Of a stretch of 64,000 nucleotides of DNA, positions 41,422-50,904 are shown piece by piece. Position 1 is the stretch's first letter, and each line of letters begins with the position of its first letter. This DNA comes from Bacteroidales bacterium (GTDB lineage Bacteria > Bacteroidota > Bacteroidia > Bacteroidales > ML635J-15): assembly GCA_017551515.1 (NCBI GenBank), contig JAFZLK010000022.1, positions 12,532 through 76,531 on the forward strand, in the 5' to 3' direction. Both the position numbers and the translations under genes were made by a program. Below the pieces are notes generated by a model. The model did no database searches, was not told the origin of the DNA, and saw nothing but the letters and a program-made list of their open reading frames with translations.

Positions 41422-42237
41422 ATGAAAAAAATATTGATAATAACAAGTTTGCTTATAGTAGCAATCGCATTTACTCAGTGCAAGAAAGATGAAGAAAATA
41501 ACATTTATCCCGAACTAAATGGACCTGTAGGTACTACAGGAAATACATTCTCGGTAAGTGCTAGCAAAAAAGTTTATTTCTCGCAAGGAAACTTACAATA
41601 TAACCCGTCATCCAGCACATGGCGCTTTGCAGTGAACCAATGCGATACAATTGGTGTCACACCAGACAGTATTCCTCCAACATACGATGGATGGATAGAT
41701 TTATTCATTTATGCTTCTAGCGGATACGACAGCATATTTCCATATCTGAACAAACTTCCAAGCAATAAGACAGACATTGGAAAGACGAACATATCTGGCA
41801 CCAGTTACGACTGGGGACACTACAACCCCATAAGCAACGGCGGAAACAAGGCTGGACTATGGCGTATCCTTACAAAAGAAGAAATGTCGTATTTGCTTGA
41901 ACGTCAGGATGCAAATGGGTACTACCTCGCAGGAAAAGGTTCTCTATACAGAGAAGATGGAAGCATATTGGAGGGTGTTTTCATCATGCCAGACAATTAT
42001 GTAGGTGAACACGAAGATCATTTTAACTGGGGAGAAATCACCGAAACAGAACTAAACAAGTGGGGTGGCATATTTTTATTAAGTGCGCCATCATATTATT
42101 GCTTGCACATAGGTTCTGACAGAACAAGTATATATGGTTCTTCTGAATATTTTAACACTCGTTTTGGCGTTGTATCATGGCAACCTGGTTGGAGCCCAAA
42201 AGCAATTGTCCGACTTGTACAAGATTGCACGGAATAA
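41422..42237 (+). CDS. Paralogous lipoprotein of the same family
   Basis: Lipobox-like FTQC followed by KKDEE; same motifs as 40562-41410. Confidence 0.75.
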   Translation: MKKILIITSLLIVAIAFTQCKKDEENNIYPELNGPVGTTGNTFSVSASKKVYFSQGNLQYNPSSSTWRFAVNQCDTIGVTPDSIPPTYDGWIDLFIYASSGYDSIFPYLNKLPSNKTDIGKTNISGTSYDWGHYNPISNGGNKAGLWRILTKEEMSYLLERQDANGYYLAGKGSLYREDGSILEGVFIMPDNYVGEHEDHFNWGEITETELNKWGGIFLLSAPSYYCLHIGSDRTSIYGSSEYFNTRFGVVSWQPGWSPKAIVRLVQDCTE

Positions 42238-42263
42238 GCCACAAATCATCGCATGATGATTTT

Positions 42264-42291
42264 AAAAGCCGCTCGTTTGGGTGGCTTTTTT
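42264..42291 (+). terminator. Intrinsic terminator
   Basis: AAAAGCCGCTC-GTTT-GGGTGGCTTTTTT. Confidence 0.7.
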
Positions 42292-42369
42292 ATTAGAATC
42301 ACTTCATAAACTTAATTTCAATATATAGAATTTTCTATCTAACTTTGCACATCGTAAAAATAGCACGAA

Positions 42370-42864
42370 ATGACTACAGACGATAAAGGCATAAAACACA
42401 CTGACGAACAAGAACATGATGAACTCATCGAAATCATGTCTGGATTTATGGACAATGGGAAACCAAAAGTTGGCATTTTCTGGTACGACATTGCAGACAA
42501 TTCTTTGTTCGGAGTCGAAAAAACAGATGCCGATAAAGCGATTTTCATAAACGGAAAAGCCACAATAAACAAATTGCACAAAACATATTGGCAAAAGCAA
42601 CATCATCGAGCTACTGCGAAAGGAGATACTACATCAATATTCTATACTGAAAGCAACTATACGATGATACCGCGTGGCAGAATTTTCCAAAACGAGGCGG
42701 ACGGCAAATTCCAAGTTTACGTCAGGCACTGGCTTAATAGTATTGACATTGAGAAATTTCGCGAAACCCTTGAGGATGAATTCAACCTGCCATCGGATTT
42801 TGAGTTTGTAGTGGATGTGCATTGGGATTTGGGACACGGCTGGTCGGAAGAGTTTTTCGAATAA
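42370..42864 (+). CDS. Hypothetical protein
   Basis: 164-aa ORF with a TAACTTTG box upstream; KVGIFWYD, HK.YW, PRGRIF motifs. Confidence 0.7.
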   Translation: MTTDDKGIKHTDEQEHDELIEIMSGFMDNGKPKVGIFWYDIADNSLFGVEKTDADKAIFINGKATINKLHKTYWQKQHHRATAKGDTTSIFYTESNYTMIPRGRIFQNEADGKFQVYVRHWLNSIDIEKFRETLEDEFNLPSDFEFVVDVHWDLGHGWSEEFFE

Positions 42865-42933
42865 AATCACAAAACATTATTCCACATTTCATTTTTTGTA
42901 GTATTTTTGCAAATATATTAAAAGCGAACTAAA

Positions 42934-43194
42934 ATGAATGGTGTCAGCATACAGGTGAATCTACCGAATTATGGCAAATACGAACCCGCGGAACTCAAAC
43001 ATATCCTTACTCGTATTGCTCTAGATTTAATAGAGGAAACAGAGGTTTCGTTTCCATGCTCGTACACTGAAGAAGAAGCCAAATCAATAGCCATACAAAG
43101 AGGTCGTGACATTAAGGCAGGCAAAGCAAAACTGATACCGCACGATGATGTTATGTCAGAAATGAACCAACTAATTGCTTCTTATGCAGATTAA
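42934..43194 (+). CDS. Putative antitoxin
   Basis: Small gene overlapping a RelE/ParE-like gene; ..RG..DIKAGK....H.DV motif. Confidence 0.7.
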   Translation: MNGVSIQVNLPNYGKYEPAELKHILTRIALDLIEETEVSFPCSYTEEEAKSIAIQRGRDIKAGKAKLIPHDDVMSEMNQLIASYAD

Positions 43195-43510
43195 TTGGAG
43201 CGAACAATCGCAAAACGACCTAAAAGATATTTTGTCGTATGTTGGAAGTAATTTTGGACGGCAAAAGGCAGAAATTGTACTTTCTAACATTCGCAGTACA
43301 GTTGAATTATTAAAAGATTTTCCTCTTTTAGGCAAAAATTTTGTTGAAGATAAAACATTAGGAATTTACTATCGGTCTCTTTCTTCCAAATTGAATCAGA
43401 TTGTTTACTACATTGAGAGCGATTCCATTAACATTGTCGCTATTTGGCAAAACCGCTGCGACATAAATAGTTTGTATAAGAGAGTAAACACAAAAAAAAC
43501 AATTCGATAA
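43184..43510 (+). CDS. RelE/ParE family type II toxin
   Basis: INWSEQSQNDLKDI, L..FP.LG, IVYYIE..I.IVAIW. Confidence 0.8.
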   Translation: MQINWSEQSQNDLKDILSYVGSNFGRQKAEIVLSNIRSTVELLKDFPLLGKNFVEDKTLGIYYRSLSSKLNQIVYYIESDSINIVAIWQNRCDINSLYKRVNTKKTIR

Positions 43511-43529
43511 TAACTTGCTAAGCTAGCAT

Positions 43530-43624
43530 ATTCCGCCAAAATACTTTTCATATTTCAGCGGAATCTATACTTCAAAACACACATTCCGCTGAAAGTTTAT
43601 ATAGATTTCAGCGGAATCTTTTTA
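43530..43624. repeat. 95-bp direct repeat (downstream copy) containing two 35-bp palindromic units
   Basis: ATTCCGCCAAAA-N11-TTTCAGCGGAAT-N18-ATTCCGCTGAAA-N11-TTTCAGCGGAAT; near-identical to 45091-45185. Confidence 0.92.
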
Positions 43625-43628
43625 GTGT

Positions 43629-45047
43629 TTATACAAACAAATCACTTAATATCAAATTGTTATCTAAAATTTGCGAATTAGAATTAGGCGTAATACCCTG
43701 CGTTGTTATCATTGCAATAAAAACCGTTTTGCTGGTTTCGTTTTCTTCGATAAAAGTTTCAATCTTATTGCTGAGATTTTTCTCATAGGCGGCAGTTATG
43801 GTGTATTGCTTGTTGCTCCATTTCATTTCGCAAAGCGTTATGGAATCATCGTTTCTGTCGATTACAAGGTCAATTTGCGCACCGCCATCTTGCTTGCTAC
43901 TGCGCCACGAATATACATTTGTAATTACTCCCGAAATGCCAAGTCCTTGCTTTATCTGCCTTACATGCGCCAGACACAATTGTTCAAACGCATATCCAAT
44001 CCAAGCATTACGCAATGAAGACCGCATATTCTTCGACCAGAATTCTTCTTCATTAACCTTGCGTTCCCATATGAAATTCAAGTAAAACAATGTGTAAAAA
44101 TCAACAAGTTGGAACAAAGCGGTCTTCTTTTTCTTGTCAAATGGCGTATAGCAACGAATGAAACCGCAGTTTTCCAAGTCAGCCAAAGCCTTCGAGAATG
44201 TTCCCCCGTCTGAGATTTTCAATCCTTTGACAATCTCGTCACGCGAAAGGCCTTTTTTCTTGCTTCCAAGCAGTTTAACTATACCAATATATAGTTTGGA
44301 ATTTGTAAATAGCGATGCATAAAGGTTGTTGAATTCGCCACGGAGTACGCCATTCTGCCTGAAAAATAGAAAATCCACATTTTTTGCAAGACTTAGCGAC
44401 GGGTCGAGCAGGCTTAGATAATATGGTACGCCACCGAAAATCATATAACATTCGGCAATCATCATTCTGCCCCAGCGGAATTTCCGTGATTTCAAATAAA
44501 GTTCCGTTTCCTTGAGCGTGAACGGCTCGAGACGAATGTGCAATGTAATACGATTGTGCAGTCCGCCACGATTGTTTATCAGTTTGTCTGTCATCCAAGA
44601 TGTTGCCGAACCGCAAACCACAAGCATGATATCTTTGCGAGCCGATGCCCATCCGTTCCAGAAATGCTCAAAAGCCGAGATAAAAACGGCATCCGACTTG
44701 TCCATCCACGGCAGTTCGTCAAGGAATACGACCTTTTTGCGCGACTTAGGCAATGCGCCAAGAAACCTTTTCAGTTCGCCAAACGCATCCTGCCACGAAG
44801 TAATTTCTGCTACATCGGTTAGACCTTGTTCGCGCAATGCGTTGGCAAAGCCTACCAACTGCTCGCGTCGCGAAGCATTCATCATCGCTGCGTACTGGAA
44901 ATCAATTTTCCGAAAAGCATTCCTTACCAAAAATGTCTTTCCTACACGCCTACGACCATAAACAGCGACAAACTCCGACTGCTTTGATTCATAGTAGCGA
45001 GCCAACTGTCGCAATTCGTATTCCCGACCTACAATTTTTACGTTCAT
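43629..45047 (-). CDS. AAA family ATPase (archaeal ATPase_2-type) with wHTH and C-terminal PD-(D/E)XK-like domain
   Basis: IVGRE.E, YGRRRVGKT, FLDELPW, CGSATSWM, GGVPYYL, QIDLVIDR...CEMK. Confidence 0.9.
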   Translation of the reverse strand: MNVKIVGREYELRQLARYYESKQSEFVAVYGRRRVGKTFLVRNAFRKIDFQYAAMMNASRREQLVGFANALREQGLTDVAEITSWQDAFGELKRFLGALPKSRKKVVFLDELPWMDKSDAVFISAFEHFWNGWASARKDIMLVVCGSATSWMTDKLINNRGGLHNRITLHIRLEPFTLKETELYLKSRKFRWGRMMIAECYMIFGGVPYYLSLLDPSLSLAKNVDFLFFRQNGVLRGEFNNLYASLFTNSKLYIGIVKLLGSKKKGLSRDEIVKGLKISDGGTFSKALADLENCGFIRCYTPFDKKKKTALFQLVDFYTLFYLNFIWERKVNEEEFWSKNMRSSLRNAWIGYAFEQLCLAHVRQIKQGLGISGVITNVYSWRSSKQDGGAQIDLVIDRNDDSITLCEMKWSNKQYTITAAYEKNLSNKIETFIEENETSKTVFIAMITTQGITPNSNSQILDNNLILSDLFV

Positions 45048-45090
45048 TCCAATTATTATTTATGCCACAAAGGTAATAATATTTCCCAAC

Positions 45091-45185
45091 ATTCCGCCAA
45101 AACATTTTTCATATTTCAGCGGAATCTATACTCTAAAATATACATTCCGCTGAAAGTTTATATATATTTCAGCGGAATCTTTTTA
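45091..45185. repeat. 95-bp direct repeat (upstream copy), just upstream of a TACCTTTG promoter box (45068-45075, - strand)
   Basis: Same sequence and architecture as 43530-43624. Confidence 0.92.
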
Positions 45186-45276
45186 ACAAAAAAAATCAAA
45201 TTAAATTATTATACATCAAACATTTAGCACAATTTATTATTAAAAAAAATTGGACAATCTTAATGCAATTTTACAA

Positions 45277-46452
45277 CTAGAGACTCTTTGACACAAATTC
45301 TTCAGCTACCCTCCTAGCCTCATTGTCTGTTGCAAAACACGATTCTATGGAAATTTTGCTTTCGAAAGGCAATTTTTCGTGGGTTGACTCTATTATTTCG
45401 GGAATACGCATAAAGCCTATACGTCCTTTTAGGAAGGCATCAACTGCGATTTCGTTGGCGGCATTCATTATGCACGGTGCATTTCCACCTTGCGAAAGAC
45501 AATCGTAAGCAATTTTCAGACATCGGAAAGTGTCAATGTCTGGCTTTTCAAATGTCAGGTTGCAACCATGTTCGAGGAAAGAAAAGCGATTTTTCGGTGA
45601 ATACGACCTATTCGGATAATCGAAAGCATATTGAATAGGAATCCTCATGCTTGGAGCGCCAATCTGTGCCTTTATCGACGCATCGGAAAACTCAACCATG
45701 GAGTGCACTATCGATTGGCGATGCACAAGCACCTCAATCCTGTCGGCAGGAATACCAAACAGCCAATGTGCCTCGATAACCTCGAAACCCTTGTTCATCA
45801 ACGATGCAGAATCGATCGTCACCTTGCTGCCCATTTTCCAATTAGGATGGTTCAAAGCCTGTTCGGCTGTAACATTTTTCAGAAATTTAACATCTTTTCC
45901 GAAGAAAGGTCCGCCCGAGGCGGTAAGAATCAGTTTTTCAACATCGTCAATATTTTCGCCACGCAGGCACTGGAAAATAGCTGAATGCTCTGAATCGACA
46001 GGCACAATGCATGACGTTGTACTTTCTTTCAGTTTATCGCAAATTATCTTGCCACCAACTACAAGTGTCTCCTTGTTGGCAAGAGCAACCACTTTTCCTG
46101 CTTCTATGGCCTTAATTGTCGGCATCAACCCTGCAAAACCAACCATAGCCGCCAAAACCATGTCAACGCAGTCCATTGCCACAACATCAAGTATCGACTC
46201 TGCACCAGCGTAAACCTTTATAGGCAAGTCGGCAAGAGCATCACGCACTTCGGGATATTTCTCCTTGTTGGCAATAACTACAAAGTTAGGATCAAACTCA
46301 CGAGCCTGGCTAATAAGCAACTCGGCATTATTGTTGGCGACAAGCACCTCTGCCGAAAACTTGTCGGGATAGTCGCGGATAATATCCAAGGCCTGAGTTC
46401 CGATTGACCCCGTAGAACCAAGAATTGCTATGTTTTTACGTTTCTGCTCCAT
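45277..46452 (-). CDS. dxr: 1-deoxy-D-xylulose-5-phosphate reductoisomerase
   Basis: ILGSTGSIGTQAL, LANKETLV, PVDSEHSAIFQ, LTASGGPF, HPNW.MG.K.TIDSA. Confidence 0.97.
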   Translation of the reverse strand: MEQKRKNIAILGSTGSIGTQALDIIRDYPDKFSAEVLVANNNAELLISQAREFDPNFVVIANKEKYPEVRDALADLPIKVYAGAESILDVVAMDCVDMVLAAMVGFAGLMPTIKAIEAGKVVALANKETLVVGGKIICDKLKESTTSCIVPVDSEHSAIFQCLRGENIDDVEKLILTASGGPFFGKDVKFLKNVTAEQALNHPNWKMGSKVTIDSASLMNKGFEVIEAHWLFGIPADRIEVLVHRQSIVHSMVEFSDASIKAQIGAPSMRIPIQYAFDYPNRSYSPKNRFSFLEHGCNLTFEKPDIDTFRCLKIAYDCLSQGGNAPCIMNAANEIAVDAFLKGRIGFMRIPEIIESTHEKLPFESKISIESCFATDNEARRVAEEFVSKSL

Positions 46453-47291
46453 TAGAATTCAATATAATCGGTTGGATTTAGCGGCTCTCCATTCTGCCAA
46501 AGTTCGAAATGTAAATGCGGACCGCTCGTATTTTCGCCAGAGTTTCCATAAACAGCAATCTGCTCGCCCTGACGAACTTTCTGACCTTCCTTCACCGATG
46601 GAACTTCGCAATGCTTGTACACCGACAAAATTCCCCTCGCGTGCTGCAAAATCACAGAATAACCGTTATCAATGGTATAATTACTTTCGATGACTATACC
46701 TGGAAGCACAGCAAACACAGCCACATCTGACATCGGGGCAATGTCAATGCCAAAATGCCTGTGTACTTTATCAAACTGGTTCACAATCATGCCTTTCATC
46801 GGAATGAATAGATTGGGAACAATATCATTTTTATCCACAACGTTCACATTTTCAGCATCATCGTAACGCTGGCGCGGCTTTGTCGGATCATTGAAATCAC
46901 GAATCTGCTCATCGGTAAGCCCCGAAACCGGCACAGCGAAATCAGCGTCAACCGGCACCTCCGAGAAAATTATGTCGTGAATCATATTTAAATACTCCTC
47001 ACGTGCTTCAATTTCCGCCGAAAGGCTATCCACACGCTCGGCATTTTCATATATCAGTTCCAAAGTTTTATGATCGGGATAACCTGGCACAAGATACTTC
47101 AACGGAGTATAAACCACTAAAGCTGAGATTATTGCAAAGAAAATCAAAAACATAGTCACTATGACAAGAGAAAAGATAATCTTGTTCATGCGGAATTTCT
47201 TCAGCACCTCGAAATTACCATCGCGATATATCACAAACTGGTAAGGCCGTGTAAGCCAAGCCCAAAACTTATGTTTTTTCTTTTCTGCCAT
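46452..47291 (-). CDS. M23 family metallopeptidase
   Basis: TM segment; HFGIDI, YKH, GPHLHFELW. Confidence 0.9.
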   Translation of the reverse strand: MAEKKKHKFWAWLTRPYQFVIYRDGNFEVLKKFRMNKIIFSLVIVTMFLIFFAIISALVVYTPLKYLVPGYPDHKTLELIYENAERVDSLSAEIEAREEYLNMIHDIIFSEVPVDADFAVPVSGLTDEQIRDFNDPTKPRQRYDDAENVNVVDKNDIVPNLFIPMKGMIVNQFDKVHRHFGIDIAPMSDVAVFAVLPGIVIESNYTIDNGYSVILQHARGILSVYKHCEVPSVKEGQKVRQGEQIAVYGNSGENTSGPHLHFELWQNGEPLNPTDYIEF

Positions 47292-47372
47292 AAAGAAACA
47301 ATTGCGCTGCAAAGGTAATAAAGTTTTAAGAGGAAAACATCAAGAATCATTACCTTTGCAAAAAATTTGACA

Positions 47373-48356
47373 ATGAATATTCATCATATATACTCAACAG
47401 AATTTCCAGAATTCATTCAGGAAATAGCACAAACTCCTGCAATGCTCCAGCTCGACGACATAGGTATGAACTGCGGATGCGAATACACTAGTTTTCCGAT
47501 GTTTGCTGGGCTCGAGAAATATTCACGATACTACCATAGCATTGGAGTTGCCCTTATTGTATGGCACTTTACCCACGATAAAAAGCAAAGTACGGCAGGA
47601 CTGCTTCATGACATTTCATCACCGGCGTTTGCACATGTCATCGACTTTATGCATGGCGACTACCTAACGCAAGAATCGACAGAGAACGGAACGCAGTCAA
47701 TAATTGAAAACTCGGCTGAGATTCAGCATTTTCTCCAAAAATATGGCATGAAAACCTCCGAAGTCGCCGACTATCACCTCTACCCCATTGCCGACAACGA
47801 CACGCCACGACTATCGGCAGACCGACTTGAATACACAATAGGCAACATAGTGAACTACAAGCTCGCAAGTCCAGAAAAGGCAAAAGAACTATACGACAAC
47901 CTTATCGTCGGCACAAACGAGGAAAATCAACCAGAGATAATGTTCACCGACAAGGGCAAAGCACTGGAATTTGCAAAACTGTCGCTACAATGCTCACGCA
48001 TATACGTTGCCGACGAAGACCGCTACTCAATGCAGCGTCTGGCCGAGATATTAAAGGAATGCATAATCCGCAGAATAATCGCCGAAAGCGACTTATATCT
48101 TGGTGAAACGCCTGTCATCAAAAAACTTATGGATAACGAATTCTCGGCTAAGGAATGGCAGAAGTTCAGACGCTACTCGACCATAGTACATACAGCCAAC
48201 AATCCCGATTCCAGAGTTATCCTCGCCAAGAAACGCCACATAAACCCATATATCAGCGGATTAGGCAGAGTTGGCGACATTTTCCCAGAATACGGCAATG
48301 CACTAAGGAAATATTTGGAGGAAAGCCAGGATTATGCAATTTGTGGAACGGTTTAA
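47373..48356 (+). CDS. HD-domain phosphohydrolase
   Basis: SRYYHSIGV, LLHD, AFAHVID, LSADRLEY. Confidence 0.85.
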   Translation: MNIHHIYSTEFPEFIQEIAQTPAMLQLDDIGMNCGCEYTSFPMFAGLEKYSRYYHSIGVALIVWHFTHDKKQSTAGLLHDISSPAFAHVIDFMHGDYLTQESTENGTQSIIENSAEIQHFLQKYGMKTSEVADYHLYPIADNDTPRLSADRLEYTIGNIVNYKLASPEKAKELYDNLIVGTNEENQPEIMFTDKGKALEFAKLSLQCSRIYVADEDRYSMQRLAEILKECIIRRIIAESDLYLGETPVIKKLMDNEFSAKEWQKFRRYSTIVHTANNPDSRVILAKKRHINPYISGLGRVGDIFPEYGNALRKYLEESQDYAICGTV

Positions 48357-48530
48357 AAGTTTCTGGTTTGATTGTTTCTAGTTTCTGGTTATAGTTGATT
48401 ATGGTTGTTTAAGATTGTTTGAGATTGTTTTAACCATACATAGAAACTATCAAACGGCGAAGCCATTCAAACCCAGAAACTTTCAAACAGCGAAGCGCAG
48501 AAACGCCGAAGGCATAGAAACCACACAGAG
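48357..48530. repeat. Bipartite GTTTCT...AGAAAC intergenic repeat with mini-hairpins
   Basis: GGC-GAA-GCC, GC-GAA-GC and GCC-GAA-GGC between AGAAAC units. Confidence 0.75.
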
Positions 48531-48539
48531 CAACCTTTC

Positions 48540-49313
48540 CTACTCTATCGGGAAATTAAAATATGTATCAGGATAAGGTTCGTTCTTGAGAACAAAATGC
48601 CACCATTCGGTGCTAATACCCCTGAATCCATGACGAACCATTGCATCGCGAAGAATCATGCGGTTACGGTGCTGTTCGGGAGTTACGCCGGGATAGTCGG
48701 GATGACTTTCTTCGCCTAGCCAATCGAATGGACTGCCCATGTCAACCTCCTTTTCGGTGCTCATATCGAAAAGTGTAAGGTCTACTGTAGAACCTGTTGT
48801 ATGACGGCTTTTCTTTGCAATATAACCTTCTTCGAAAAGACGAGGCTTGTCAATATCGGGATAGAAATAACGTTTCATAAGAGTGTCTGATGCCTCCTGC
48901 GACCAGCGAACAAAATGATCGACAGCGCTTTGCGGACGGTATGCATCATAAATTTTCAAGCGGTAGCCCATTGCCTTTACATCGTCGCTGACGGCCTTTA
49001 GACTGTCGGCAGCCTCTTTGGTAAGATATGCTATCGGTGCATTGTAACCATCAACGCGCACACCCATAAAGTTGAATGTGCTGAAATAACGTATTTCCAA
49101 AATTGCATCGGGAACGACATCAGTAACAACAACAAAACCATTCTTCGAAGCCTCGGAAACAGTTGTATCAGCAACAGGTTCAACCGATGCAGCTTCTTCA
49201 CTAACTACGTTTTTTTCCTCTGTAACGCTAGTATTTTCCTTGTTTTGGCACGAAAAAGCCATCATGCACATTGCCAGTGCAACAATTGCATAAAGTAAAC
49301 TTTTTTTATTCAT
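48540..49313 (-). CDS. D-Ala-D-Ala dipeptidase (M15D, VanX/DdpX-like) lipoprotein
   Basis: Lipobox-like FSC; IYDAYRPQ, SRH..G.TVDLT, DMGS.FD, EWWHF. Confidence 0.9.
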   Translation of the reverse strand: MNKKSLLYAIVALAMCMMAFSCQNKENTSVTEEKNVVSEEAASVEPVADTTVSEASKNGFVVVTDVVPDAILEIRYFSTFNFMGVRVDGYNAPIAYLTKEAADSLKAVSDDVKAMGYRLKIYDAYRPQSAVDHFVRWSQEASDTLMKRYFYPDIDKPRLFEEGYIAKKSRHTTGSTVDLTLFDMSTEKEVDMGSPFDWLGEESHPDYPGVTPEQHRNRMILRDAMVRHGFRGISTEWWHFVLKNEPYPDTYFNFPIE

Positions 49314-49375
49314 GACTGTTCGTTTTTGTTTGAGCGCAAAGATATTTCTTTATCTGCAAATAGAAAAAGAAAAAC

Positions 49376-49828
49376 TTATCTGCACAATCTTTCTATCAAT
49401 GCGCCATGCAGCGGAAACTCATGCAAAAGTTCTTCTTTTTTAGCCAGTTCGAAATTTTCAAATTTGAATGCGGGAGCCACAGCGCATCCCACGAGTGAAA
49501 AACCTTTCTTGCCAGACAGTTCTGCAGCGAACCACTGTTCAGGTTCAATTACAACCTGCATTTCGTCATCAGCGGACAAATGATGTACAATGAGTTCTCC
49601 CTTGGCATTAATAACATAAATATCAAGACATTCGCCAGCATGGTAGTACCAGATTTCGGACATACCGTGCAGCTTGTGGAAAGCCGAGAACTCATCTCCG
49701 CAAAGCATATAATATATGGTAGAGATTTGCTTTTCTCCACTCTCATCGTTCCCGTAAACCTGGCGATAATAGCCGCCTTCGGGATGTGGCACAAGGCTTA
49801 GTTTTTCAATATAATGCTTATAATCCAT
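49376..49828 (-). CDS. Cupin_5 (DUF985) protein
   Basis: L.PHPEGGYY, STIYY, EIWYYHAG, LVGCAVAPAF.F..FE. Confidence 0.9.
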   Translation of the reverse strand: MDYKHYIEKLSLVPHPEGGYYRQVYGNDESGEKQISTIYYMLCGDEFSAFHKLHGMSEIWYYHAGECLDIYVINAKGELIVHHLSADDEMQVVIEPEQWFAAELSGKKGFSLVGCAVAPAFKFENFELAKKEELLHEFPLHGALIERLCR

Positions 49829-49830
49829 AT

Positions 49831-50904
49831 TTATTTCCCATTTATCATCTTATACTGGCACATTTTCAACTCACCGTTTTCATCGCGGAGATGCATACCG
49901 TTGCCCTGACAAAAACGCCAGACCTTACACGACTTGCAGTCGCCCGTACGCATCCAGTTGCGATAGCGGAACTTCTCGAAACGATTTTCCCACACATCCC
50001 AGAACGAATCGGTGTATATGTTGCCCTGATTGTAGTCGCTACGTATGCTCAGGCAGCCCGAAATAGCCCCATCGGCACGGATGGAAGCAACATTAACGCC
50101 CGAACTGCAGTTGAAATACTTGCGTCTAACTTCTCCCTCATAGCGACCAAGAAAACCGTCGCAGGCATAACTTGCGTCAATTTTGCCTTCGAGACGAGTC
50201 AACTTTATAAAATCCATCATCTGCACAAATTCCTCGTTGCTCAGGCGCAATTCAGGATCATCCGCAGCCCGACCAGACGGGAAAACGCTGAACAACCGCC
50301 ACTTACGCACTCCGTTTTCTATCAGAAAATCGCGAAATTCAGGCAAATACTTTATTGTGCGCTTATTCACACAAGTGATAACATCCCACACTAACCCACT
50401 TTGCTTTTTCAATGCCTCAATCGCTCGCAGCGCATTGGCGAAACTATCACTATGTCCGCGCATCCAGTTGTGGTCATCGGCAAAACCATCGAGACTTATC
50501 GCAATGGAACGCAGACCATTACGCACAAGTTCAGTAAGTTTTTCATCGGTAAGCAACATGCCGTTTGTCACCATCCCCCAGATGAAGCCGTGCTCTGTGA
50601 TTGCGCGTCCACATTCAGCAATGTCGGCACGCACAAGCGGTTCGCCACCTGTAGTAATCACCATAATGTCATAAGGTGAAATGTGCGCTTTTATATCATC
50701 AAGCACTTTCAGAAAATCGTCGAGAGGCATGTCCTGCTGCTGCGAAACCATACGGCAATCGCTTCCACAATGACGGCAATTAAGGTTGCAACGCAGTGTA
50801 CATTCCCAGAAAAGTTGGTGAAGATGATGCTCATCGGCACGAAGCGAAAGCACTGCACGATTCAATTCGAGTGAAAGTCGCTTGTATAGGGAAAATTCCG
50901 ACAC
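49831..50904 (-). CDS. Radical SAM/SPASM maturase (TIGR04133-like rSAM/lipoprotein system)
   Basis: LFWECTLRCNLNCRHCGSDC, TGGEPL.R.D, WGMVTNG, SLDG, SPASM C..G.......DG...GC..GNI..C..C.....C; GTG start overlaps the upstream stop. Confidence 0.88.
   Translation of the reverse strand: MSEFSLYKRLSLELNRAVLSLRADEHHLHQLFWECTLRCNLNCRHCGSDCRMVSQQQDMPLDDFLKVLDDIKAHISPYDIMVITTGGEPLVRADIAECGRAITEHGFIWGMVTNGMLLTDEKLTELVRNGLRSIAISLDGFADDHNWMRGHSDSFANALRAIEALKKQSGLVWDVITCVNKRTIKYLPEFRDFLIENGVRKWRLFSVFPSGRAADDPELRLSNEEFVQMMDFIKLTRLEGKIDASYACDGFLGRYEGEVRRKYFNCSSGVNVASIRADGAISGCLSIRSDYNQGNIYTDSFWDVWENRFEKFRYRNWMRTGDCKSCKVWRFCQGNGMHLRDENGELKMCQYKMINGK

Noticed and set aside
40562-42237. Diversity-generating retroelement
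   Set aside because: No reverse transcriptase and no adenine-variant template repeat found by eye in this window
43530-45185. Integron attC sites
   Set aside because: No RYYYAAC/GTTRRRY box arrangement and no integrase; the palindromes are short symmetric units, not one long attC hairpin
48540-49313. Vancomycin resistance locus
   Set aside because: Lone M15D dipeptidase lipoprotein without vanH/vanA/vanRS in a Gram-negative host
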